NCBI GenBank assembly: GCA_035623825.1
Contig: DASPSR010000022.1
Location: 96,001 to 160,000, forward strand
From: Nitrospirota bacterium
GTDB lineage: Bacteria; Nitrospirota; UBA9217
Reading direction: 5' to 3'
Length of the DNA: 64,000 nt
Shown here: one piece after another, positions 53,856 to 64,000 of the stretch
Numbering within the stretch: position 1 is the first letter of the stretch
Layout of the letters: every line of letters starts with the position of its first letter
The notes under the pieces: generated by a model
Told to the model about the DNA's origin: nothing
Databases searched by the model: none
What the model saw: the letters and a program-made list of their open reading frames with translations, nothing else
Translations under genes and position numbers: made by a program

Positions 53856-55046
53856 ATGAAAAGGACGTTAAAAAATCGATATGAAATCCTGGAGACTCTC
53901 GGCAGCGGGGGAATGGGGTGCGTGTACAAAGTGGCGGATCGGTTCCAGGACGGGAGGATCCTTGCAGCCAAGGAGCTTCTATCAGGCACTCTATCCGCGG
54001 CGAAGGCGAAGGACGCCCTAATCCAGTTCCAAAACGAGGCGAGGATCCTGGCGCGACTCACGCACCCGAACCTTCCGAAGGTCTACGACTACTTCAGTTT
54101 GCCCGGCAGGCAGTACATCATCATGGAGTTCGTGAAGGGAAAGACGCTGGAAAAGATCCTCGAGAAGCGGAAGGGAAGACCCTTGGACGAAGGGCTGGCC
54201 CTGTCTTGGGCACTCCAGATCTGCAGGACCATGCACTTCCTGAGCGTCCAAAAACCGCGCCCTATCGTTTTCCGCGATCTCAAGCCATCGAATATCATGA
54301 TTATGCGCGACGGCAGGGTGAAGCTTATAGACTTCGGTATCGCCCGCTTCTTTAAAGAGGACAAGCACGAGGACACTTACGTTTACGGCACACCGGGCTA
54401 CGCTGCGCCTGAGCAGTATGGGAGCGGCCAGACCGACGTGCGCTCTGACATCTTCTCCCTCGGAGCCACCCTGCACCATTGCCTCACCGGCAGAAATCCG
54501 TCGGAGAATCCCCTGGACTTCCCTGACCCGCAACAGTTGAATCCGAAGCTGAGCCGAGAGACCGGGGCCATCATCAAAAAGGCGCTCGCGCCGGACATGG
54601 ACAAGCGCTTCCAGAGCGCTCTTGAAATGAAGAAGGCGGTCCAAAAAGTGATGTTCGATTCGGCTTTACGGGCACAAGACGGGAGAAGGATCATCCTTGC
54701 ACAGGCGGGGAAACCGATTAAACTGCCGTGGTGGCGGAAAACGTGCTGGGTGGGCGTCCCTGTGACGGCGCTTGGATGCAGCGGAACGACGGGGACCCTG
54801 TCCACAGACGACCTATGGATACAGCCGAGACCGCAGGCATTCAGCCCCGGGTCTTCGCAGCTCCTGTTCCGGGTGGAGAGCAGCAAGATGAAATTCGGCA
54901 GGGAATATCGTCCGAAAATAACGGTCCGGACCGATGCGGGCATCCTCCACCCCAAGCTCATATTCAAGAAAGCCTGGCCGTGGATACTTATCGAAGCCGC
55001 CGCGATCGCTGCCGCGGCATTTGCGGTTACTGAGATGATAAGGTAG
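53856..55046 (+). CDS. Hanks-type Ser/Thr protein kinase with C-terminal hydrophobic anchor
   Basis: GSGGMG, AAKE, FRDLKPSN, DFG, GTPGYAAPE. Confidence 0.94.
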   Translation: MKRTLKNRYEILETLGSGGMGCVYKVADRFQDGRILAAKELLSGTLSAAKAKDALIQFQNEARILARLTHPNLPKVYDYFSLPGRQYIIMEFVKGKTLEKILEKRKGRPLDEGLALSWALQICRTMHFLSVQKPRPIVFRDLKPSNIMIMRDGRVKLIDFGIARFFKEDKHEDTYVYGTPGYAAPEQYGSGQTDVRSDIFSLGATLHHCLTGRNPSENPLDFPDPQQLNPKLSRETGAIIKKALAPDMDKRFQSALEMKKAVQKVMFDSALRAQDGRRIILAQAGKPIKLPWWRKTCWVGVPVTALGCSGTTGTLSTDDLWIQPRPQAFSPGSSQLLFRVESSKMKFGREYRPKITVRTDAGILHPKLIFKKAWPWILIEAAAIAAAAFAVTEMIR

Positions 55047-55519
55047 AGAGGGTTGTCGACATCTTTCCGACTGTACCATTGAATGGCAGCCAGATAACGG
55101 TCCATTCTCCTCAGAGAGCGTTCAAAGACATGAATTATTTTTTGCTGGTCGAAAAGCTCCAGAAGTAATCATTCTGCATCGCATTGCCCGCCAGGTCACG
55201 CACCCCAGCGCTCACGCGGGCCGTGTACAGCGTGTTTCGTGGGCGGAGTTGTGTGTCGGCTGGTGGAACTGGTCCCTCGCGGCCGCATTCTGCGAGAAAC
55301 AATGGTGCAAAGAGGACAATCCGCTAATACCACGATTGGTTTTTTCATTCCTTCACTTAAAAGTGCGGGAAGTGGATGCAGGTGGCCGAAGAAGGTATCG
55401 GGATGGGTCTAATGCTCACGTCTTTGTTTGATCTAAAAGCCCAGGGTACGAAAGTGCCCACGGATCTGATTCTTTCTCATTCCTATATATGTTGATGCAG
55501 GGATTTGTATTATCACAGC

Positions 55520-56869
<1,350 letters not shown>

Positions 56870-57328
56870 TCTTTCATTGTATCACAGTACAGTGAAAATG
56901 ATAACCCTTTCGACAGGATTCCTATCCCGGGTTTTTTCAGCACGCCCGGTGCTCGATGATTCTCTAAAGGGGGAAATAGCCGCCGTGCAGGCCTCTATGG
57001 TTTGAGCAACAGTGCCGGCATCGTCCGGCCATGGTTTCAAGTAATTCATGAATTTTAATTTGAAATGTCATATAAGAATTGCCGTTCACGACTTGATTTT
57101 TTTGAAGGTTGCTTAATTGTTCATTAGGAATTTCTTCAGGACGAGAGAAGCGTTGATCCCGCCGAAGCCAAGAGAGTTGGAAAGGGCGGTGTGAAGATCC
57201 TTTTTCCCGGCGCGGTTGGGGACATACTATGCTGTTGCCGAGCGGTGTGAGACCTCCCCGTCCGGTTATAACGACGCGGGCTTTCATGGCGCGCAGTATA
57301 AGACCTTTGAGCATGTTTGTCAAAAACA

Positions 57329-57382
57329 TGTGAAGTTTGTCACAGGAAATAAGTTTGACAATGCCGTATTTTGTGATATATT
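57329..57382 (+). promoter_or_regulatory. CRP/FNR-family box plus sigma70 promoter
   Basis: TGTGA-N6-TCACA (57329-57344), then TTGACA-16nt-TATATT. Confidence 0.65.
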
Positions 57383-57421
57383 TGAGAGGGTAATTCAATG
57401 CTGAAATAAAGGGGGTTTGAG

Positions 57422-58369
57422 ATGAAAAAAGCTGAATTAGCGGCAAAGACCGTAGCGGAACTCAAAGCCCTGGCCAAGAAGAAAAAGATATCGCTGCCCG
57501 CTGGGGCAAAGAAAGATGATGTCATCAAAGCGTTAATGGCGTCAGGAACGCGGCCGAAAGCTGAAAAGCCTGCTGCGAAAAAGAAGGCAGCTCCGAAAAA
57601 AGCGGCAGCTAAGAAAAAAGCGGCAGCTCCGAAGCGGCCGGCGGGTCGTGCATCAGGTTCCGCGCCTGTCGTGAAGACGGTCAAAGAACCTTCCAAAGCC
57701 CCTGCACGCAGGTGGGAAATGCCGGCGGGCGTCGAGGAGCCGCTTATGGCGCAGGAGCGCGTCGCCGAAGCCAAATTCTACACAGGCCCTGTCTCTGAAC
57801 AGAAGCCGACGTCCGCAAATCGCCCTTACGAGGAACTGCCTCTCGGTTATGGCGAAGAGAAGATCGCCCTCATGGCGCGGGACCCCTACGTGGCCTATGC
57901 GTATTGGGAGGCGACGCCCTCGAGGATAGATCGGGAAAAGGCATGGTTCGGCTGGAACAGCAGGCTGTGCGTGCGCATTTACGACGTGACCGGCGTCCAG
58001 TTCGACGGCCGGAATGCCCTGGGCTATTACGATCAGGAGGTCTCTGAGAGGATCGGCAACTGGTATTTCGATCTCGGCAGGCCTACCCATGCGTTCTGTG
58101 CCGATCTCGGCCTGCTTTCTCCCGATGGCAAGTTCCTTACGCTCGCTCGGTCGAACTATATCACGATGCCGAGGGATGGCGCATCCGATGTAATCGACGA
58201 GAATTGGATGATCGTGGACGAGGAATTCTGGAAGCTGTACGGCTACCCCGAGGGAGTGCCTGGTGGCATTTCATCGCAGCAGGCCCAGGAGATCGTACGG
58301 CGTCGCAGACGCATGCAAGAGATCTCCTCTCCCGGCATGTCCTCCCGCGAGAAGGCAAAGAGGAAGTAG
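57422..58369 (+). CDS. DUF4912 protein with Rho-N-like domain and Lys/Ala-rich linker
   Basis: TV.ELK.LAK, LP.GYG...I.LMARDP..AYAYWE, YDVTG, ARSN. Confidence 0.85.
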   Translation: MKKAELAAKTVAELKALAKKKKISLPAGAKKDDVIKALMASGTRPKAEKPAAKKKAAPKKAAAKKKAAAPKRPAGRASGSAPVVKTVKEPSKAPARRWEMPAGVEEPLMAQERVAEAKFYTGPVSEQKPTSANRPYEELPLGYGEEKIALMARDPYVAYAYWEATPSRIDREKAWFGWNSRLCVRIYDVTGVQFDGRNALGYYDQEVSERIGNWYFDLGRPTHAFCADLGLLSPDGKFLTLARSNYITMPRDGASDVIDENWMIVDEEFWKLYGYPEGVPGGISSQQAQEIVRRRRRMQEISSPGMSSREKAKRK

Positions 58370-58420
58370 CGGAATACGGCAAGGTCCCGTGCCCGTATGC
58401 CTTGCCGGAGGCAAGATGCA

Positions 58421-58456
58421 AGAAAGTCCATCCTTCTCTGGATGGACTTTTCTTTT
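58421..58456 (+). terminator. Rho-independent terminator-like hairpin
   Basis: AAAGTCCATCC/GGATGGACTTT followed by TCTTTT. Confidence 0.7.
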
Positions 58457-58499
58457 GTAATTTCCCGCGCAGAAAAGAGAACTATTTATCGGAGGGTGA

Positions 58500-60080
58500 A
58501 TGGAAAAGGGCTATCTGGCGCTCGTGCTGCACGGCCATCTGCCGTTTGTGAGACATCCTGAATACGACCAGTTTCTTGAAGAAGACTGGTTGTACGAGGC
58601 GATCACCGAAACCTACATTCCGCTCATCAACGTGTTCGAAAGCTTGGTGAACGACGGTGTGGATTTCCGCATCACCATGAGCCTTACGCCCACACTTATC
58701 GCCATGCTTACGGACCCGCTGCTCCAGCACCGGTATATCCGCCATATCGGCAAACTGATCGAGCTCGCAGAGAAGGAAATAGACCGAACGAAAAACCAGC
58801 CTGAGTTCAACCCCATTGCCCGCATGTACCTGGAGATGTTCAAGAACGCCCGCCTGACGTTCGAAGAAAAATATGGGCGCAATTTGGTGAGTGCCTTCAG
58901 GAAATTTCAGGATCTGGGCAAGCTTGAGATCGTCACCTGCGGATCAACGCATGGATTCCTGCCGCTCATGCTGAACCGTAAGGCCGTCCGTGCACAGATC
59001 ATGATCGCGGTCGAGCATCACAAGAAACACCTCGGCAGGGCCCCGAAAGGAATTTGGCTTCCGGAGTGCGGATACTATGAAGGGCTCGACGAGATCCTGA
59101 AAGATGCAGGCATCCGCTACTTCTTTACGGACTCCCATGGCGTCTTCCATGCTTCGCCCCGGCCGAGATACGGCGTGTACGCGCCGATCTACTGTCCTTC
59201 TGGTGTTGCCGCCTTTGGCAGAGACATCGAGTCATCCAAACAGGTTTGGAGCTCCATCGAGGGTTATCCCGGAGATTACAATTACCGGGAGTTCTACCGT
59301 GACGTGGGTTTTGATCTCGAGTATGACTATGTCAAACCCTATCTCCACCCGGACGGGGTACGCGTCAACCTGGGGATCAAATACTACAAGATAACTGGTA
59401 CGTCGAACCGTAAAGACCCTTATATCCGGCACTGGGCGCTCGAGAAGGCGGCAGCACATGCGGGCAATTTTCTGTTCAACCGCGAGAAGCAGGTCGAGTG
59501 GCTTTCGGATATCTTCAAGAACAGGAAGCCGATCATCGTGGCGCCCTATGATGCGGAGCTCTACGGCCATTGGTGGTTCGAGGGCCCGGACTGGATCAAC
59601 TTCCTTCTCAGGAAGGCTGTCTTCGACCAGAAGACCGTGCGACTGATAACGCCGCCTGAATACCTGACGGAAAACCCCAGCTGTCAGGTCGCCACTCCCT
59701 CGACATCGAGCTGGGGGTACAAAGGCTATGCCGAGGTATGGCTCGACGGTTCGAACGACTGGATCTATCGCCACCTGCACAAGGCAGCGGAACGCATGGT
59801 CGAGCTTGCGCAAAACCACCCGGGAGCTCAGGGGCTTCTGCGCAGAGCCCTTAACCAGGCAGCGCGGGAATTGCTTTTGGCCCAGAGCTCGGACTGGGCG
59901 TTCATCCTCAAAACGGGAAGCCACGTGGCATACGCCATCAAGAGGACGAAGGAACACATACTCCAGTTCACGAAATTGTATGACGATATCAAAGCAAATC
60001 ATATTGACGAAGGATGGCTCGGCGATATAGAATACAGGGACAATCTGTTCCCCGATATCGATTATGCCGTGTATGCTTAA
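58500..60080 (+). CDS. GH57 1,4-alpha-glucan branching enzyme (DUF1957)
   Basis: LHGHLPFV, WLPECG, YDAELYGHWWFEG, AQSSDWAF. Confidence 0.92.
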   Translation: MEKGYLALVLHGHLPFVRHPEYDQFLEEDWLYEAITETYIPLINVFESLVNDGVDFRITMSLTPTLIAMLTDPLLQHRYIRHIGKLIELAEKEIDRTKNQPEFNPIARMYLEMFKNARLTFEEKYGRNLVSAFRKFQDLGKLEIVTCGSTHGFLPLMLNRKAVRAQIMIAVEHHKKHLGRAPKGIWLPECGYYEGLDEILKDAGIRYFFTDSHGVFHASPRPRYGVYAPIYCPSGVAAFGRDIESSKQVWSSIEGYPGDYNYREFYRDVGFDLEYDYVKPYLHPDGVRVNLGIKYYKITGTSNRKDPYIRHWALEKAAAHAGNFLFNREKQVEWLSDIFKNRKPIIVAPYDAELYGHWWFEGPDWINFLLRKAVFDQKTVRLITPPEYLTENPSCQVATPSTSSWGYKGYAEVWLDGSNDWIYRHLHKAAERMVELAQNHPGAQGLLRRALNQAARELLLAQSSDWAFILKTGSHVAYAIKRTKEHILQFTKLYDDIKANHIDEGWLGDIEYRDNLFPDIDYAVYA

Positions 60081-61440
60081 GCCGTCTGTCGTCAAAGAAC
60101 TGAAAAAGATCGTCGGCCCTGCCAATCTCTCCACATCGCCCGAAGAACTCGTTGTTTACTCCTACGACGCCACGCAGCGGGAAGAGCTTCCGTGGGCCGT
60201 CGCCCGGCCAGCCTCTACGCGCGAGGTGTCAGAGATCCTCCGCCTTGCGAACCGGGAGCTGTTCCCGGTTGTACCACGCGGCGCGGGAACCGGCATGTCC
60301 GGCGGCTCCGTGCCAATCCAGGGCGGGCTCGTCCTCTCGCTCGAACGGATGAACAAGATCCTCGAGATAGACGAGCAGAACCTCATTGCCGTGGTCGAAC
60401 CAGGCGTGGTAACGGCAGACCTGCAGCGGGAGGTCGAGGCGCGAGGCTTATTCTATCCGCCGGACCCCGCCAGCCACAAATTCTGCACTATCGGTGGCAA
60501 CGTGGCCGAGTGCGCTGGCGGCCTTCGTGCCGTAAAGTACGGAGTGACCAAGGACTACGTCCTGGGGCTCGAGGTGGTGCTGCCGACGGGGGAGATCATC
60601 AAGACGGGCGCGCGCACGGCCAAGAGTGTGGCGGGTTATGACCTCACGAAACTTATAGTCGGTTCCGAGGGGACGCTCGGCGTAGCCACCATCATCATAT
60701 TGAGACTCTTGCCTCTACCCGAGAGCGTGCGGACAATAGCTGTTTTTTTCAGCGACATCGAAAGTGCCGCATCGGTTGTATCCAAGATCATCGCTAGCCA
60801 CATCATCCCGTGTGTCTTAGAATTTGTCGATCGGTATGCGCTCCGCGCCGTTGAAGGCCATCTGAAGGAAGACATTTCGGGCGGTGCCGAAGCCATGCTG
60901 CTTATCGAGCTGGACGGGACAGTGGATTCGACGATGCGGGAGAGCGCGCGAATTACTGAGATCGTGGCTGAGGGCGGGCTGGCCCGTATCAAGAAAGCGG
61001 AAACTGACGCGGAGAGGGAGTCGCTCTGGAAGGCGAGGCGCTCGATCTCTCCGGCGCTGTATGCGATAAAACCGAAAAAGATAAATGAAGACATCGTCGT
61101 TCCCCGGAGCAGGATTCCTGATATCCTTCGCGAGATCGAAGTGATAGCGAAGCGGCACGATCTTTTGATCGTGAATTTCGGCCATGCGGGTGACGGGAAC
61201 ATCCATACGAATATAATGATCGATGAGACGGAGATGCCGAAGGCCGATGCGGCGGTAAAGGAGATCTTTGAGGCAACGTTACGGATGGGAGGAAGCATTA
61301 CCGGAGAGCATGGTATCGGCCTGTCCAAGGCTGCTTACCTGCCTATGGAGGTCGGGCCCGCTGCGCTGGCTGCAATGAAGCATATCAAACAAGCGCTTGA
61401 TCCGAACAATGTCCTGAACCCGGGGAAGATATTTCTATAG
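60073..61440 (+). CDS. FAD-linked oxidase, GlcD/D-lactate dehydrogenase family
   Basis: PRGAGTG.SGG, PDPAS, GSEGTLG, GHAGDGN.H, GEHGIG, LNPGK. Confidence 0.92.
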   Translation: MLKPSVVKELKKIVGPANLSTSPEELVVYSYDATQREELPWAVARPASTREVSEILRLANRELFPVVPRGAGTGMSGGSVPIQGGLVLSLERMNKILEIDEQNLIAVVEPGVVTADLQREVEARGLFYPPDPASHKFCTIGGNVAECAGGLRAVKYGVTKDYVLGLEVVLPTGEIIKTGARTAKSVAGYDLTKLIVGSEGTLGVATIIILRLLPLPESVRTIAVFFSDIESAASVVSKIIASHIIPCVLEFVDRYALRAVEGHLKEDISGGAEAMLLIELDGTVDSTMRESARITEIVAEGGLARIKKAETDAERESLWKARRSISPALYAIKPKKINEDIVVPRSRIPDILREIEVIAKRHDLLIVNFGHAGDGNIHTNIMIDETEMPKADAAVKEIFEATLRMGGSITGEHGIGLSKAAYLPMEVGPAALAAMKHIKQALDPNNVLNPGKIFL

Positions 61441-61568
61441 ATTCGAAGGAATCCACTATGCGGGCGCGAGATCACAAAAGTGCGCAAAGCACAACTTTGT
61501 TACAGTTGCAGCCGGGGAATCTTTGGCCGGTTCAGTATGAAAAGATCAGAAGTCGAGTTTGATAAGGG

Positions 61569-62213
61569 ATGCAGACTGCAAAAAAAGTCATAGAGATCGT
61601 TCTTCTTCTCGCCTTCAGCTTTGCAGCACCTTCTCTGGCAGGGGCGTTGGATGCCGTAGCGCCTGATACGACCGACGAGCTCAGGGCGCAGGTGCATGCC
61701 ATGGAGCAGGATGAGGCCGCTCTCGAAGAGGAAAACCAAGGCTTGAGGAAGATGCTCAAGCAAATCGACGACAATGAGATATACCTGGTGGTTGACACCG
61801 AGAGCAACCGCCTGACGATGAGGCGGGGGCGGAAGACCCTGATGACAGCGGTGGTGGGAACGGGCAGTCGGCAGTTTGTGCAGGAAGAGACAGGAAGGAG
61901 CTGGTATTTCGAAAGCCCTACAGGAGCGCTGAAGGTTCTCGGCAAGGAGCGTAACCCCGTCTGGATCAGGCCTGACTGGTCATACGCTGAAGAAAACATG
62001 CCGGTGCCACCGGAGAATGACCCTGACAGGATCGTGCGCGGCGTCCTCGGTAAGTATGCGCTCATCCTCGGGAACGGCTATAAGATCCACGGGACCAAGT
62101 ATACCGACCTCTTGGGGACCCATTTTACCCACGGATGTATTTCCGTCGGAGACAAGGACCTTGAGACGCTGTATCGGTCTGTAAAGATCGGGACCAAAGT
62201 GTACATTTATTAG
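61569..62213 (+). CDS. L,D-transpeptidase (YkuD family)
   Basis: Signal peptide, coiled coil, IHGT...THGCI. Confidence 0.9.
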   Translation: MQTAKKVIEIVLLLAFSFAAPSLAGALDAVAPDTTDELRAQVHAMEQDEAALEEENQGLRKMLKQIDDNEIYLVVDTESNRLTMRRGRKTLMTAVVGTGSRQFVQEETGRSWYFESPTGALKVLGKERNPVWIRPDWSYAEENMPVPPENDPDRIVRGVLGKYALILGNGYKIHGTKYTDLLGTHFTHGCISVGDKDLETLYRSVKIGTKVYIY

Positions 62214-62234
62214 CGCCGTGTACGGAGTGCTACG

Positions 62235-62747
62235 ATGAAAACTGCGGCAGTGCACTTGCTTCTCCTGCTCTCGCTGTTTCTCGCTGGGATGAACGGGAAC
62301 GGACAGGAACCTGATGAGCGCGAAGAACTCCTGCAGCAGCGCGAGGAGCTGAACAAGAAGATCGAGACGCTGCGGCGCGAGCAGGACTTCCTGCTTTTCG
62401 AGAAAGTGCTCTACGCGGCGGACTCCAAGTATCTGATCATCAATCTCGGCTCGAGGGCGGGACAGCTCAAGTACAAGAACCGGGTGCTTAAGGATTTCCG
62501 TTTTAAGGCGTCGCCAAAGCTTGCCGGCTCGATCGGACCCGGGGCTCTGACCCTCACGAAGAAAAGAGAGGATCCTGGTCAGAGGCATGTTCTGGTCTTC
62601 GGGAAGTCACTCGTCATACAGTGGAAGCGCCCTCCCCGGGCTCCCTACCAGGCGGATGTCCCGAGCCTGTCTCTTTCCAAAACAGACTTGCAGTCAATAT
62701 TTTATGCCCTCGAAGAAGGAGCGAAGGCGTATATCTTGACTAGGTGA
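62235..62747 (+). CDS. Secreted protein, degenerate YkuD-like paralog
   Basis: Signal peptide, coiled coil, YLIINL, C-terminus resembling the upstream L,D-transpeptidase but without His/Cys. Confidence 0.6.
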   Translation: MKTAAVHLLLLLSLFLAGMNGNGQEPDEREELLQQREELNKKIETLRREQDFLLFEKVLYAADSKYLIINLGSRAGQLKYKNRVLKDFRFKASPKLAGSIGPGALTLTKKREDPGQRHVLVFGKSLVIQWKRPPRAPYQADVPSLSLSKTDLQSIFYALEEGAKAYILTR

Positions 62748-63024
62748 AGCGATTGCAGCAATCTGAGATTTAGGCCGCTCGGGGAGATGATCAACAATTT
62801 TTCTCATGCTGTCCCTGAAACGAAAAAGCGGGAAACACGTCGGTTGTCGACCATGACGGCAGATGGCTACATCGTGCAAGCCCGTCTTATCTTCCCCCTC
62901 TCTGGCTGATATTATTCCGCATGGCACTTTCTCATATTTCTTTATTGCGCATCACTATGGATAGATAGGGTGTCCTTCGGGATTTTCAGATTGACTACGA
63001 CTGATTTCACGGTATAATGAATCC

Positions 63025-64000
63025 ATGCGCGAGCTTACGCGGGGCGAGGAATTTTATGACGGTACCGCTCTCTTCGGAGACCCCGTCCATGGGTATATCT
63101 CGTTCACCACGCCTCGTGTGACAGGAGAGAAGACCGAAAAGGACCTTATCGATACCCCCTGGTTGCAGCGCCTGCGGCAGATCTATCAGCTCCAGAGCGC
63201 CCGGTGGGTATACCCTTCAGCCGAACACAGCAGGTTCCAGCACTCCCTCGGCGCCATGCACCTCGCGGGCAGATTCGCAAGGCACCTCTATCCATCGCTC
63301 AAGGCAGCCGTTCCAGACTGTCCGTCCACAAACTACGTAGAAGAGCTCCTGCGCGTGGCAGCGCTCCTCCATGATGTCGGTCATGGCCCCTTTGGCCATT
63401 TTTTTGACGATAATTACCTGGAGCAGTTCGGGCTGACCCACGAAAAACTCGGCCAGCACATCATCAGGACGGAGCTCGCGGAAATCATCAAGTCGATTCG
63501 CCGCGGCCCAGCCGGGGAGTTCTCCAAGGGCGAACGTCTGAGTCCCGATCAGATAGCTTTCCTTATCGGCAAGGGATCAATAGTGACTGCAAAGCAGCCA
63601 AGGTGGCTCCAGTTCCTTCAGCCGCTGCTTTCGGGCATCTATACCGTGGACAACCTCGACTATGTGCTGCGCGACGCCTATATGTGCGGGGTTGCCATCG
63701 GCGCGGTCGACATCGATCGGCTGATGTATTATACGTTTTTCACGGACAAAGGCCTCACGCTCCATAAGTCCGGCCTAACCGCCTTGAACATGTTCCTGAA
63801 CGCCCGTCTATACATGTACACGAACGTCTACTATCATCGTACAACACGAGCTATTGACGAACATCTCAAGGAGTTGTTCAAGGAAACGATGGCTTCGCTT
63901 TTCCCGTACAATCCGGTTGAAAATCTCAATGAATATCTCGAACTCACCGACTGGTCCCTCCTCGAGGCGGTGAGGAAATGGGGGGGTGGAGAGGACGGCT
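63025..64000 (+). CDS. HD-domain phosphohydrolase (SAMHD1/dNTPase-like), partial
   Basis: Manual translation: DPVHGYI, QRLRQI.QL, HSRFQHSLG, LHDVGHGPFGH, DNLDY..RD. Confidence 0.9.
   Translation, partial: MRELTRGEEFYDGTALFGDPVHGYISFTTPRVTGEKTEKDLIDTPWLQRLRQIYQLQSARWVYPSAEHSRFQHSLGAMHLAGRFARHLYPSLKAAVPDCPSTNYVEELLRVAALLHDVGHGPFGHFFDDNYLEQFGLTHEKLGQHIIRTELAEIIKSIRRGPAGEFSKGERLSPDQIAFLIGKGSIVTAKQPRWLQFLQPLLSGIYTVDNLDYVLRDAYMCGVAIGAVDIDRLMYYTFFTDKGLTLHKSGLTALNMFLNARLYMYTNVYYHRTTRAIDEHLKELFKETMASLFPYNPVENLNEYLELTDWSLLEAVRKWGGGEDG

Noticed and set aside
48440-55046. Type VI secretion-associated PpkA/PppA/Fha module
   Set aside because: No T6SS structural genes in the window; cannot exclude a link to a locus elsewhere

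Overview
A GC-rich bacterial chromosomal window, probably from an anaerobic Nitrospirota/Desulfobacterota-like organism (inferred from gene content). It opens with a housekeeping block (argB-hslUV-xerC-topA-smg). Next come signalling genes (hybrid kinase, two GGDEF/EAL proteins, HD-GYP), an arsenosugar-type radical SAM/glycosyltransferase cluster, gltB without gltD, a copper-related locus, fba, apbE, an ArsC-Acr3 fusion, a minimal SufCB (SMS-like) Fe-S system, GH57, glcD and L,D-transpeptidases. Three genes that the ORF track splits or truncates appear to be UGA-selenocysteine proteins: ArsS, a DsbA-like UxxC protein and a HesB/IscA-like protein. The latter two have clear SECIS-like hairpins. 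The most striking candidate system is at 48.2-56.9 kb. It is a Ser/Thr phospho-signalling operon (PP2C, vWA, Zn-ribbon-FHA, membrane FHA-vWA-FHA receptor-like protein, Hanks kinase) behind a sigma54 promoter with tandem enhancer palindromes, and it converges on an FHA-domain sigma54 activator. No rRNA, tRNA, CRISPR array or intact transposase was recognised. All calls are by eye; no searches were run.
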